DNA of 64,000 nt from Dehalococcoidia bacterium (GTDB taxonomy: Bacteria; Chloroflexota; Dehalococcoidia; Lucifugimonadales; UBA3495). The notes beneath the pieces were generated by a model. The model had not been told where the DNA came from. It saw only the letters and a list, made by a program, of their open reading frames with translations, and ran no database searches. The stretch lies in contig CBDCQN010000003.1 in the NCBI GenBank assembly GCA_965220625.1, positions 1,994,186-2,058,185 of the forward strand, read 5' to 3'. Below are positions 8,196 through 16,407 of this stretch, piece after piece; position 1 is the first letter of the stretch; each line of letters starts with the position of its first letter. Made by a program: the position numbers and the translations under genes.

Positions 8196-8918
8196 ATGAG
8201 CGACGTGGATAGCCAGCTTGAAGATTTGGTGACCGCCAACCGCATTCTCGCCAGAGAAGAGGTGGTGGACGCTTACGGCCACGTCAGCATCCGCCATCCC
8301 AAGAACCCCGACCGGTATTTCCTGTCCCGGTCGCGGGCGCCGGAGTTGGTCGAAGCCGGCGACCTCATGGAATACACGCTGGAGGGAGAGCCGGTGGACC
8401 GGCGGGGCCGGGCCATGTACTCGGAGCGCCCGATTCACGGAGGCGTATATGAAGCACGCTCCGAGGTAATGGCGGTGGTGCACAACCATTCGCAGCCAGT
8501 GGTCCCATTCGGTGTTACCGGTACGCCGTTGCGTCCGGTGTTCCACTTGGCCGCAATAATCGGCGACGATATCCCGGTGTGGGACATCCGCGACAATTTC
8601 GGCGACACCAACCTTCTGGTGACGACGATGGAGCAAGGGCGGAATCTTGCCGCCGCACTGGGACCGCGACGGGTGGCCCTGATGCGGGGCCACGGCTGCG
8701 TCGTGACCGGGCGGTCCCTCAAAGAGGCGGTGATGGCGGCAGTCTACCTGCAGGTAAACGCCCGCCTGTTGCTCGAGTCGTTGCGGCTTGGAGACGTGAA
8801 GTATCTGTCTCGGGGCGAGATCGCCGAGATGTCGGAGAGCCAGGTGCAGCCCCGCACCTTGGCGCGCGCTTGGGAATACTGGGCCGCCCGTGCCGGACGG
8901 AACGCGTCTGAACTCTGA
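8196..8918 (+). CDS. class II aldolase/adducin family protein
   Basis: ILAREEVVDAYGHVSIRHP... and VVHNHSQPVVPF, GHGCVVTG are class II aldolase motifs. Confidence 0.85.
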   Translation: MSDVDSQLEDLVTANRILAREEVVDAYGHVSIRHPKNPDRYFLSRSRAPELVEAGDLMEYTLEGEPVDRRGRAMYSERPIHGGVYEARSEVMAVVHNHSQPVVPFGVTGTPLRPVFHLAAIIGDDIPVWDIRDNFGDTNLLVTTMEQGRNLAAALGPRRVALMRGHGCVVTGRSLKEAVMAAVYLQVNARLLLESLRLGDVKYLSRGEIAEMSESQVQPRTLARAWEYWAARAGRNASEL

Positions 8919-9027
8919 TTTGTTTGACCAAGTGATTGCCGTGATTGCCAGCGTCTCCAGGTGCGGACAGATCGAGGAAATCTGTTAATCACAAAAATCC
9001 CGGTCCAGGCAGAGGCGAAAGGATACC

Positions 9028-9426
9028 GTGCTTAACGAAGAGCCTGAAATCATCGAAGAGATCAAGGCGGCGAACCAAGGGTTCTACGACGCTTTCAACG
9101 AACTCAGCATCGAGCGAATGGCTGCGGTCTGGGAGGAGTCGGACCGGGCCCTGTGCGTCCATCCCGGTTGGCAGCCGCTGGTAGGTTGGGCGCCCATCCG
9201 GCAGAGCTGGGAGCGGATTTTCGACAACGCCAACTTGATGCAGTTCAACATACGCTACCTGAACGTGGTGGTGCAGGGCGACTTCGGCTATGTCACCTGC
9301 GTCGAGGGCATAACCAGCGTGGTACAGGGCCGGGCCACCAACTTCAGCACCTTCGCCACCAACATCTTTGCCCGCAGCCAGTCCGGCTGGCGTATGATCG
9401 CCCACCACGCCTCCACCAGCGGCTAG
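9028..9426 (+). CDS. SnoaL-like / NTF2-fold (DUF4440-like) protein
   Basis: 132 aa. IKAANQGFYDAFNELSIERMAAVWEE...WRMIAHHAS is the typical NTF2-like pattern. Confidence 0.7.
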   Translation: MLNEEPEIIEEIKAANQGFYDAFNELSIERMAAVWEESDRALCVHPGWQPLVGWAPIRQSWERIFDNANLMQFNIRYLNVVVQGDFGYVTCVEGITSVVQGRATNFSTFATNIFARSQSGWRMIAHHASTSG

Positions 9427-9559
9427 CCTCCGCTTTCTCGGAGACCCCCTTTGCGGAAGGGGGAGACAACGGGGCAGTCCGGTTTTGAGATAGTCTCTTT
9501 ACCTCATCGCCCTCAGCGCGTCAAAAATCCTCCGTGGGCCGCTGCTCCTTGGTACAATT

Positions 9560-9624
9560 GGTTCAGGCCGCTGATTCAGGCCGCTGATTCAGGCCACTGA
9601 TTCAGGCCACTGATTCAGGCCACG
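9560..9624. repeat. tandem repeat, 13 nt x 5 (gattcaggccRct), each unit carrying TGATTCA
   Basis: Read directly: ggttcaggccgct gattcaggccgct gattcaggccact gattcaggccact gattcaggccacg. Ends 41 nt before ATG 9666 of the ferritin-VIT1 gene. Confidence 0.9.
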
Positions 9625-9665
9625 GTCGGCCAAATAATCACGAGGGCGTGTTCGCGGGACTTGCG

Positions 9666-10922
9666 ATGACTGCTGACCCTTCCACCCTTTCCGCCACCCA
9701 GAAGAACCTTTGGAGCGCCATTGTCTCCGAGGCGCTGGCCAACCTGAAGTACAACGCCTACGCTCAGCGCGCAATGCAAGAAGGCCACCCGGAGATCGCC
9801 CGGATTTTTCAGGAAGTGGCCGTCGCCGAGACGGAGCACGGCGTCAACCACCTGCGCGTGTCGGGCGACGTGGCCACCACGGTTGAAACCCTCCGGACGA
9901 TCACTCACGGCGAGGCCAGGGAGGCCGCAACCGTTTATCCCCGGATGATCCAGGCAGCCTTGGCCGAAGGCAACCAGGAAGCCGCCGATTCCTTCACCAT
10001 AGCGATGGAGCAGGAGTGGAGTCACCTGGAGACGTTCATCGAGGCGCTCGAAAACCTCGAAACCAAGCTGGCCGTCGAATCAGGACGTATCCGTCCGGCA
10101 GTGCCCGAAATTCCGCTCATGCCCGCCGGACCGGAGGCGGTTTCAACCGCGTCGGACGGCTCGTCTCAGGCTGGCACGGCCGCTGCACCGGTCTTCGACC
10201 GTGGCACCTACAATACGGCCGTCGGCGAACTCGACCAGGAACGCTGGCGGGTGGCGCGCATGGGGCGGCTCCGCGAGGTCGTATTCGGCGCCCAGGACGG
10301 CCTGCTCAGCACCGTCGCGCTGGTGACCAGTCTGGCTGTGGCCGTGGAGAGCCAGACCACCATCCTGGTAGCGGGACTGGCCGGAGCACTGCCCGGCATG
10401 ATATCGATGGCCACTGGAGCCTTGCTTGGCTCACGCGCCGAGCAGGACGTGCAACGCGCCGAGATCGAGCACGAAGCCCAGGAACTGGAAACCAACCCTG
10501 CCGAGGAATTAGCCGAACTTGTGGTGCTTTTCCAGCGGGAGGGCATGACCTACCGGGACGCGAGGCAGGTCGCCGACGAAATCTCCCAAGACCGTGGCCT
10601 GTGGTTGAAGACCCTCGTCGAGAAGGAGCTGGGCATCAGCGCGGAAGTCACCTCCAATCCGGCCAAGGATGCCATGGCGATGGGCCTGGCCTTCATCTTG
10701 GGCGCGGCCGTCCCGCTGGTCCCCCACTTTTTCCTGACGGGCGGAGAGGCCATCGGCGTCTCGGTGGGAGCAACGCTGGCCGGGCTCTTCACGCTGGGGC
10801 TGGTCAAAGGACGCTTGGTGCAGCGCGCCCCGCTGCTCCAAGGCCTCGAAATCCTGGGCATCGGCGCAATCTCCGCCTGCGTCGGTTACGCCTTGGGCGC
10901 ACTAATTCCCCGGCTGTTTTAG
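9666..10922 (+). CDS. ferritin-like (rubrerythrin-type) domain fused to VIT1/CCC1 iron transporter domain
   Basis: N-terminus has an ExxH di-iron pattern (ALANLKYNAYAQRA...AETEHGVNH...AMEQEWSH). C-terminus has VIT1/CCC1 TM helices (VFGAQDGLLSTVALV...). ATG 9666 preferred over GTG 9648. Confidence 0.8.
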   Translation: MTADPSTLSATQKNLWSAIVSEALANLKYNAYAQRAMQEGHPEIARIFQEVAVAETEHGVNHLRVSGDVATTVETLRTITHGEAREAATVYPRMIQAALAEGNQEAADSFTIAMEQEWSHLETFIEALENLETKLAVESGRIRPAVPEIPLMPAGPEAVSTASDGSSQAGTAAAPVFDRGTYNTAVGELDQERWRVARMGRLREVVFGAQDGLLSTVALVTSLAVAVESQTTILVAGLAGALPGMISMATGALLGSRAEQDVQRAEIEHEAQELETNPAEELAELVVLFQREGMTYRDARQVADEISQDRGLWLKTLVEKELGISAEVTSNPAKDAMAMGLAFILGAAVPLVPHFFLTGGEAIGVSVGATLAGLFTLGLVKGRLVQRAPLLQGLEILGIGAISACVGYALGALIPRLF

Positions 10923-11004
10923 TTAGACTAACGACAAGGACAACCGACGTCTCAGCGCGACGCGCAGGTGCAGCCCAACCGGCCCGCGCCTAACGCGGCG
11001 GCCG

Positions 11005-11904
11005 CTACGCGCGGGCCAGGTGGGCGCGGGCGGCGGCCAGGAAGTCGACCGGGTTGTCTCCCTGCACCAGATGGCCAGCGTTGGCTATGGTGACGCAGGT
11101 GCAGTCGGCAATATCCTCGCACATCCTGTCCATGGTTTCGGCTGCAAAAATGTCGCTGCGGTCTCCCCGGGTGACCAGGGTTGGGCAATCGATGCGCTTG
11201 ACGCAGTCCCAAAGCTGCTCGGGAGTCCAATAAGACTCGGCTCGTCCGGACTGCCTCATCACCTTGTCGTATTTCCAGGTCCACTTGCCGTCGGCGCCTT
11301 GGCGAATGCTGTATTTCAGCGCGCCCAGCACCTGCTCCCGGCTTCGGCCCGTATATTCCTGCACCCGGTCGGCGAACTCTTCGAAAGTGTCCAAATTGTC
11401 AGGGAGCTCACGAAAGCGCCGGATGCGGTCGCTGCCCCGGGGTACCGTCTCGGGGCCAGTGTCCACGATGGTCAGCGACCGCAGCATCCCAGGGTGCCGG
11501 GAGGCCCAAACGAAGCTGTTGCGGCCGCCCATCGAATGGCCCATCAGGTTGAAATCGGACAGCCCCAAAGCATCCACGATTCCGTCCAAGTCCCCCTGCG
11601 CGGCCTCGATGGAGTAGTCGCCGTCCGGGGCCCAATCGCTGTCCCCGTGGCCCCGTTGGTCCAACACCAGGACGTGGTACTCCGAGGACAGGCCAAGACT
11701 GATGAAGTCCCAGCTATGCGCTTGCTGGGACGCTCCGTGAAGCATCAGGACGCCGGGTTTCCCCGGGTCTCCCCACGCCAGCAGGTGGAAGTTCATCCCG
11801 TTGGCTCTGACCCAACGGTCAACGGGTTCATTTTCCTCCTGGAAGGGCACGCCCATCTGCCGGGCTGCTTCGTGAAGGGACAATCCGAGAGAATCAGCCG
11901 CCAT
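11005..11904 (-). CDS. alpha/beta hydrolase fold protein
   Basis: LMLHGASQQAHSWD plus nucleophile elbow GHSMGG. Start set at ATG 11904, preceded by GGAGG. Confidence 0.8.
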   Translation of the reverse strand: MAADSLGLSLHEAARQMGVPFQEENEPVDRWVRANGMNFHLLAWGDPGKPGVLMLHGASQQAHSWDFISLGLSSEYHVLVLDQRGHGDSDWAPDGDYSIEAAQGDLDGIVDALGLSDFNLMGHSMGGRNSFVWASRHPGMLRSLTIVDTGPETVPRGSDRIRRFRELPDNLDTFEEFADRVQEYTGRSREQVLGALKYSIRQGADGKWTWKYDKVMRQSGRAESYWTPEQLWDCVKRIDCPTLVTRGDRSDIFAAETMDRMCEDIADCTCVTIANAGHLVQGDNPVDFLAAARAHLARA

Positions 11905-11987
11905 TGGGGGCCTCCAGCAAGAAATCAAAACCCTGAAGTTGGTATGATACCCCGAGTGTCCTGAGAGTCAAGGAAGCCTGCGGTCTC

Positions 11988-12073
11988 GTAAGCGTTCAGT
12001 CCCGGTGAGAAGCCCCAGCCACACCCTGTGGTCACCAGTTTTCGCCGGACCGCGCTTATCGAGGGACTGTCAC
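11988..12073. repeat. REP-like element, copy A of the gttcagtcccggtgagaagcc family
   Basis: Diverged copy of the 69-nt core found identically at 30910-30978 and 48558-48626. Confidence 0.75.
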
Positions 12074-12272
12074 GAAGTCGGAAGCCGGGATGACTCATGC
12101 CGTGGGTTCAGCCATCGTCCGCCGACAATTAGGTGAGCCTGCCCGCCAGCCGGGGCATTCCTTTTGGAGACCCCCGGTGCTATGATTGCCCGGTTGTTTT
12201 CATCTTGCCCGGTCTCATTTGTCCACCACGAATCCAGACGTTGCACTGACGTCAAGGGAGTACCCCCACCCG

Positions 12273-12893
12273 ATGACCACCGACGCGGTCCAGCTACAAC
12301 TCGAACCCAGGGAACTGCTTCGCAAAAAGGTGGGCCGTCTGCGCCGCGCCGGCATAGTGCCGGTGCACCTGTACGGTCCCGGGATTGAGCCCCGCGCCCT
12401 GCAATGCCCCGCTCCCCGTCTCATCCAGGCCCTGTCCCTGGCGGGAGCGAGTACTCCGATTTCCATAAAAATCGAAGGTGAGTCCGGTACCCACTTAGCC
12501 TTCGTCAGGGAAATCCAGTGGGACCCCCGGCGGGATGACCTCGTCCACGTCGATCTGTTGGCGGCGGACGTCGGCCGCCTGTCGACAGCCCAGGTCACCA
12601 TTGTCTTGGTGGGTGAGTCCTCCGGAGCCCAGTTGGCCGGCGGGAACGTGGTGCAGCAACTGCGCACCATAGACGTTCAAGCTCTGCCTCTGGACATGCC
12701 GGCCCAAGCCGAAGTAGACCTCTCCACGCTCACCGACCCGGATGGCACTATCAGGGTGGCGGACCTGGGTCTGCCGGCCAACGTAACGGTGCTGACGGAC
12801 CCCGAAGAGGTGATAGCCCGCATCGACGTGGCCCGCGCCGGTGCGATTGACGGAGCAGAAACCGCACCGGCCGACGACCAGCCCGGCGGATAG
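12273..12893 (+). CDS. rplY: 50S ribosomal protein L25 / general stress protein Ctc
   Basis: RELLRKKVGRLRRAGIVPVHLYG and HVDLL...VTIVLVGES match the Ctc-form L25 layout. ATG 12273 preceded by GGGAG. Confidence 0.85.
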   Translation: MTTDAVQLQLEPRELLRKKVGRLRRAGIVPVHLYGPGIEPRALQCPAPRLIQALSLAGASTPISIKIEGESGTHLAFVREIQWDPRRDDLVHVDLLAADVGRLSTAQVTIVLVGESSGAQLAGGNVVQQLRTIDVQALPLDMPAQAEVDLSTLTDPDGTIRVADLGLPANVTVLTDPEEVIARIDVARAGAIDGAETAPADDQPGG

Positions 12894-12925
12894 CAAACGG
12901 CAAGTCATCTTATGGAGACGGCGTC

Positions 12926-13693
12926 GTGTACCTAGTCTACATGGGCCAGTCGGGCGATACCGGCAACAGCACCGCAGACCCTTCCCAACCCCACCAAGTC
13001 TACACCGGCCTGCTGGTCCATGAGACCCAGGTCGTATCCATGACCGGGGAGTTCGACGCCCTCTGCCGCCGCCATTTCAGTTATCCCTTGGGCGAATCGG
13101 GAGCACCCCGGGGGATCCGTCCGGTCGATGTATTCCACGGCTTGCGGCACTACACATCATGGCCCCAAGCGAAGCGCAATGAGTTAATTCAAGACTGCCT
13201 GAACATAATGGTCCGGCGGGAATCCCCTGTGATCGCCGCCTACATCGACAAGCGGGAACTGGCCGACGCCAAGGCCGCCGGCGACTCCCCCAGCGCCCTC
13301 TGGAAGAATCCTACTGAACCTATTGTCAGCCGGTTCCTCTTTGCCCTCAACATGTTCTTGGACGAGATGAGCATGTCCACCCTGTCCCACGACCAGATCA
13401 TGGGGGGGCAACTCCCAATTTCAGATTTCGCCTTGGTGGTGGCCCAGCAGCGGGACTCGGTGGAGCCCCGTTTCTTAACTGAATTCCTGCGCTCCGAAGA
13501 CGGGCAGGACGCCACCGCCATGCTGAGCAACTTCTGCTTCGTTACTCCGGAGTATTCAGTGGGCACACAGCTCTCCAACCTCTGCGCCTACTTCGCCCGG
13601 CGCTGGCTGCAGCACCCATCCCGTCCCCAACCCTATTTCGAAGCCCTCCGGGACAACCGGGTAATCCAGGTCATTTACCCTGTAACCGTCTAG
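12926..13693 (+). CDS. DUF3800-like protein with substituted signature residues
   Basis: Layout YLVYMGQSGD...FHGLRHY...VIAAYIDKREL...SVGTQLSNLCAY parallels DUF3800 (yiDESG...QlADl). DE is replaced by GQ and AD by SN. Confidence 0.4.
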   Translation: MYLVYMGQSGDTGNSTADPSQPHQVYTGLLVHETQVVSMTGEFDALCRRHFSYPLGESGAPRGIRPVDVFHGLRHYTSWPQAKRNELIQDCLNIMVRRESPVIAAYIDKRELADAKAAGDSPSALWKNPTEPIVSRFLFALNMFLDEMSMSTLSHDQIMGGQLPISDFALVVAQQRDSVEPRFLTEFLRSEDGQDATAMLSNFCFVTPEYSVGTQLSNLCAYFARRWLQHPSRPQPYFEALRDNRVIQVIYPVTV

Positions 13694-13822
13694 GCGTTAA
13701 CGCCCGGTCTTCTTTACAACGCCCGGTTCCGAGATTACAATCGGCGCCAGTAGAGACGGCGCTTTGCGCGGCTTCTACTGTGTTTTTATCCCCGGTGGTT
13801 ACCTCCGGTAGTTGGAAGAAAG

Positions 13823-14290
13823 ATGCCCCAGCCTATTTACCTGACGAGAGAGGGACTAGAAAAACTCCAGGCTGAGTTGGAGCACCTGCGTACCGTGCGC
13901 CGCCACGAAGTCGCGGGGAGCATTCAGCAGTCACGGGAACGCGGCGGCACGGTGAGCAACGCCGAATATGAGGACGCAAGAAACGAGCTTGCCTTCACTG
14001 AAGGCCGCATCCAAACCCTGGACAACATGGTTAACAACGCACTAATCATTGAAGAAAACCGCAGCGCCGCCGACGCCGTGGAGGTAGGAGCCAAAGTCAC
14101 CGTCCAAAATCAGGAAGGCAAGTCATACCAGTACACAATTACCGGCAGCGCTGAAGCGGACCCATCCCAAGGAACAATCTCCAACGTTTCGCCGATAGGC
14201 CGCAGCCTGTTGGGCAAAAAGGTTGGCGAGATCACCGAAGTAAGCGCGCCCTCGGGAAAGATCAAGCTCGAAATTCTGGCTATCGAATAG
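13823..14290 (+). CDS. greA: transcription elongation factor GreA
   Basis: 155 aa. LTREGLEKLQAELEHL coiled coil plus C-terminal FKBP-like domain (ISNVSPIGRSLLGKKVGE). Confidence 0.95.
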   Translation: MPQPIYLTREGLEKLQAELEHLRTVRRHEVAGSIQQSRERGGTVSNAEYEDARNELAFTEGRIQTLDNMVNNALIIEENRSAADAVEVGAKVTVQNQEGKSYQYTITGSAEADPSQGTISNVSPIGRSLLGKKVGEITEVSAPSGKIKLEILAIE

Positions 14291-14351
14291 GCCCGGTACG
14301 GCCGGCGTGATAGACATCCCCGCAGCCCGCCGCGCCGACTGAACGGTTTTT

Positions 14352-15869
14352 ATGCCCGACCGAGAAGAGTCCCTTCTGTCCAACCGTGCCGCCAAGTTGC
14401 AACGCCTTCGCGGCAACGGCATCGACCCCTACCCACCGCGTTACCATCGCACCTTCGACGCCGCGACCGCCGCCAAGACTTTCGAAGCCGTCGAGGCGGG
14501 GCAGCAACCGGAAGACGCCTCCCTGGACGTGTCCATAGGAGGCCGCATCACGTCCATGCGCGTCATGGGGAAAGCGGCGTTCCTAGACCTCCAAGACGGG
14601 TCCGGCAACCTCCAGGTACTGATGCGCCAGAACAATCTGGGCGAGGGCTTCGGCCTGCTGAAGGACCTGGACATCGGCGACCACCTGGGGGCCCGGGGCA
14701 ACCTCATCCGGACCCGGACGGGCGAAATCACGGTCGACGCGAGTCAGGTGACGATCACCTCCAAGGGTATGCGCCCTCTTCCCGAAAAGTTTCACGGGCT
14801 GCGCGACACCGAGACCCGGTTCCGCCAACGCTACCTGGACCTCATCGCGAACCGCGACGTGATGCCCGTGTTCGCCCTCCGCAGCAAGGTCATCAGCGGC
14901 ATTCGGCGATTCCTGGACGCCCGGGGGTTCCTGGAGGTCGACACACCGATACTGGTGCCGGTGGCCGCCGGGGCCCACGCCCGTCCGTTTGTCACGCATC
15001 ACAATGCCTTGGACCAGCAGCTTTACCTGAGAATCGCCACCGAGCTGTATCTGAAGCGTCTCATCATCGGGGGATTCGACAAGGTGTACGAGTTGGGCCG
15101 GGTCTTCCGGAACGAGGGAATAGACCAGGACCACAACCCCGAGTTCACCCTTCTGGAAAGCTACGAGGCCTACGCCGACTACAACGACGTCATGGAAATG
15201 GTCGAGCAGATGGTCTTCCAAGTGGCCACCGACACCCTGGGGACGGCCCGGGTCGAAGTGGGAGAAAACATCGTGGATTTCACGCCGCCGTGGCGCCGCG
15301 TGGAGTTGCGCCAGGAGTTGTACGCCCGGGGCGGGATCGACCTTGACGCCGGTTCCGATCAAGAGCTGCAACGCCGGGCCGCCGCCTTGGGAATAGACAC
15401 CGGCGCAAGGGAGAGCCGGGGCCGCATCATCGACAAGCTGCTGTCGTCCCTGGTGGAGCCCCACCTGATACAGCCGACCTTCGTGCTGGACTACCCCGAG
15501 GAGATGTCGCCCTTGGCCAAGGCCAAGCCGGGAACGCCGGGGTACGTGGAACGGTTCGAGGCCTTCGCCTGCGGCATGGAGATCGCCAACTCCTATACTG
15601 AGCTCAACGACCCCCAGGTACAGCGGAAACGCTTCGAAGCCCAAGAGGAGATACGCCGCCTCTACCAGGACGAAGAGGTGGACCGTCAGGACGACGATTT
15701 CCTCACCGCCATGGAGTACGGCATGCCCCCCACCGGCGGGTTGGGGGTCGGAATCGACCGGCTGGTGATGCTGCTGTCGGGCCAGACCTCCATCCGGGAC
15801 GTAATGTTGTTTCCACAGATGCGCACCAGGCGGGACGGTTCAGAAGGGGATTCCATAGATGTCGACTAA
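14352..15869 (+). CDS. lysS: lysine--tRNA ligase (class II)
   Basis: 505 aa. OB anticodon domain and class II motifs (FRNEGID..HNPEFT, GGLGVGIDRLVMLL). Confidence 0.97.
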   Translation: MPDREESLLSNRAAKLQRLRGNGIDPYPPRYHRTFDAATAAKTFEAVEAGQQPEDASLDVSIGGRITSMRVMGKAAFLDLQDGSGNLQVLMRQNNLGEGFGLLKDLDIGDHLGARGNLIRTRTGEITVDASQVTITSKGMRPLPEKFHGLRDTETRFRQRYLDLIANRDVMPVFALRSKVISGIRRFLDARGFLEVDTPILVPVAAGAHARPFVTHHNALDQQLYLRIATELYLKRLIIGGFDKVYELGRVFRNEGIDQDHNPEFTLLESYEAYADYNDVMEMVEQMVFQVATDTLGTARVEVGENIVDFTPPWRRVELRQELYARGGIDLDAGSDQELQRRAAALGIDTGARESRGRIIDKLLSSLVEPHLIQPTFVLDYPEEMSPLAKAKPGTPGYVERFEAFACGMEIANSYTELNDPQVQRKRFEAQEEIRRLYQDEEVDRQDDDFLTAMEYGMPPTGGLGVGIDRLVMLLSGQTSIRDVMLFPQMRTRRDGSEGDSIDVD

Positions 15870-16407
15870 GGAAGAATCTTCGAACTCCAGGTTCTTGGAA
15901 AAGCTCAGAGAGTACGTATTCCTTTCCGAGATTTTGCAGGAAGCCTGGGTGCGTAGGCACCAGACCGTCGACATATTGAGGGCCGAAGTTGACAGTTCCG
16001 GCTACGACTTGGTGTTGGAATGCGCCGGTATTCGCAGATATATCCAACTCAAAAGCTCACGGGCGGATGCCAAGACAAGCCGGCAAACGGTCAACGTCAA
16101 ACTGGCTGAAAAAGCGGGTGGGTGCATTATTTGGCTTTTCGATAACGACTCTGATGACTCTGTCAAATTGGAGTACGGGTTTTTTGGCGGAGAGCCAGGC
16201 AAACGCCTAGAACTGGGCGCCAAAGTTGGCAAGCACACTAAGAGCACTGCGCAGGGTGTCAAAACCGAACGGCCGAATACCCGCGTAGTCAATAAAGGGC
16301 AGTTTGACAAACCGGTTCCTGTTAGCAAATTGTTCGACAAGCTTTTTCCCGGCTACCAATCATCCGGAACTTTGACTCCACAGACTGTTACCCATGCTGT
16401 CGATTGA
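15859..16407 (+). CDS. PD-(D/E)XK nuclease-like (DUF4365-like) orphan protein
   Basis: DSSGYDLVLECAGIRRYIQLKSS fits a D...E-x-K nuclease core. Visibly AT-richer than its neighbours. Overlaps the lysS stop by 11 nt and the serS start by 14 nt. Confidence 0.45.
   Translation: MSTKEESSNSRFLEKLREYVFLSEILQEAWVRRHQTVDILRAEVDSSGYDLVLECAGIRRYIQLKSSRADAKTSRQTVNVKLAEKAGGCIIWLFDNDSDDSVKLEYGFFGGEPGKRLELGAKVGKHTKSTAQGVKTERPNTRVVNKGQFDKPVPVSKLFDKLFPGYQSSGTLTPQTVTHAVD

Noticed and set aside
7442-8693. ORFs 7442-8245 and 8061-8693 on the minus strand
   Set aside because: They are antisense to the NIPSNAP and aldolase genes, whose translations carry clear family signatures.
9560-9624. 13-nt tandem repeat as a possible CRISPR or coding repeat
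   Set aside because: There are no spacers between units, and the period is not a multiple of three. It is therefore neither a CRISPR array nor a peptide repeat, and it is retained as a regulatory/contingency candidate.
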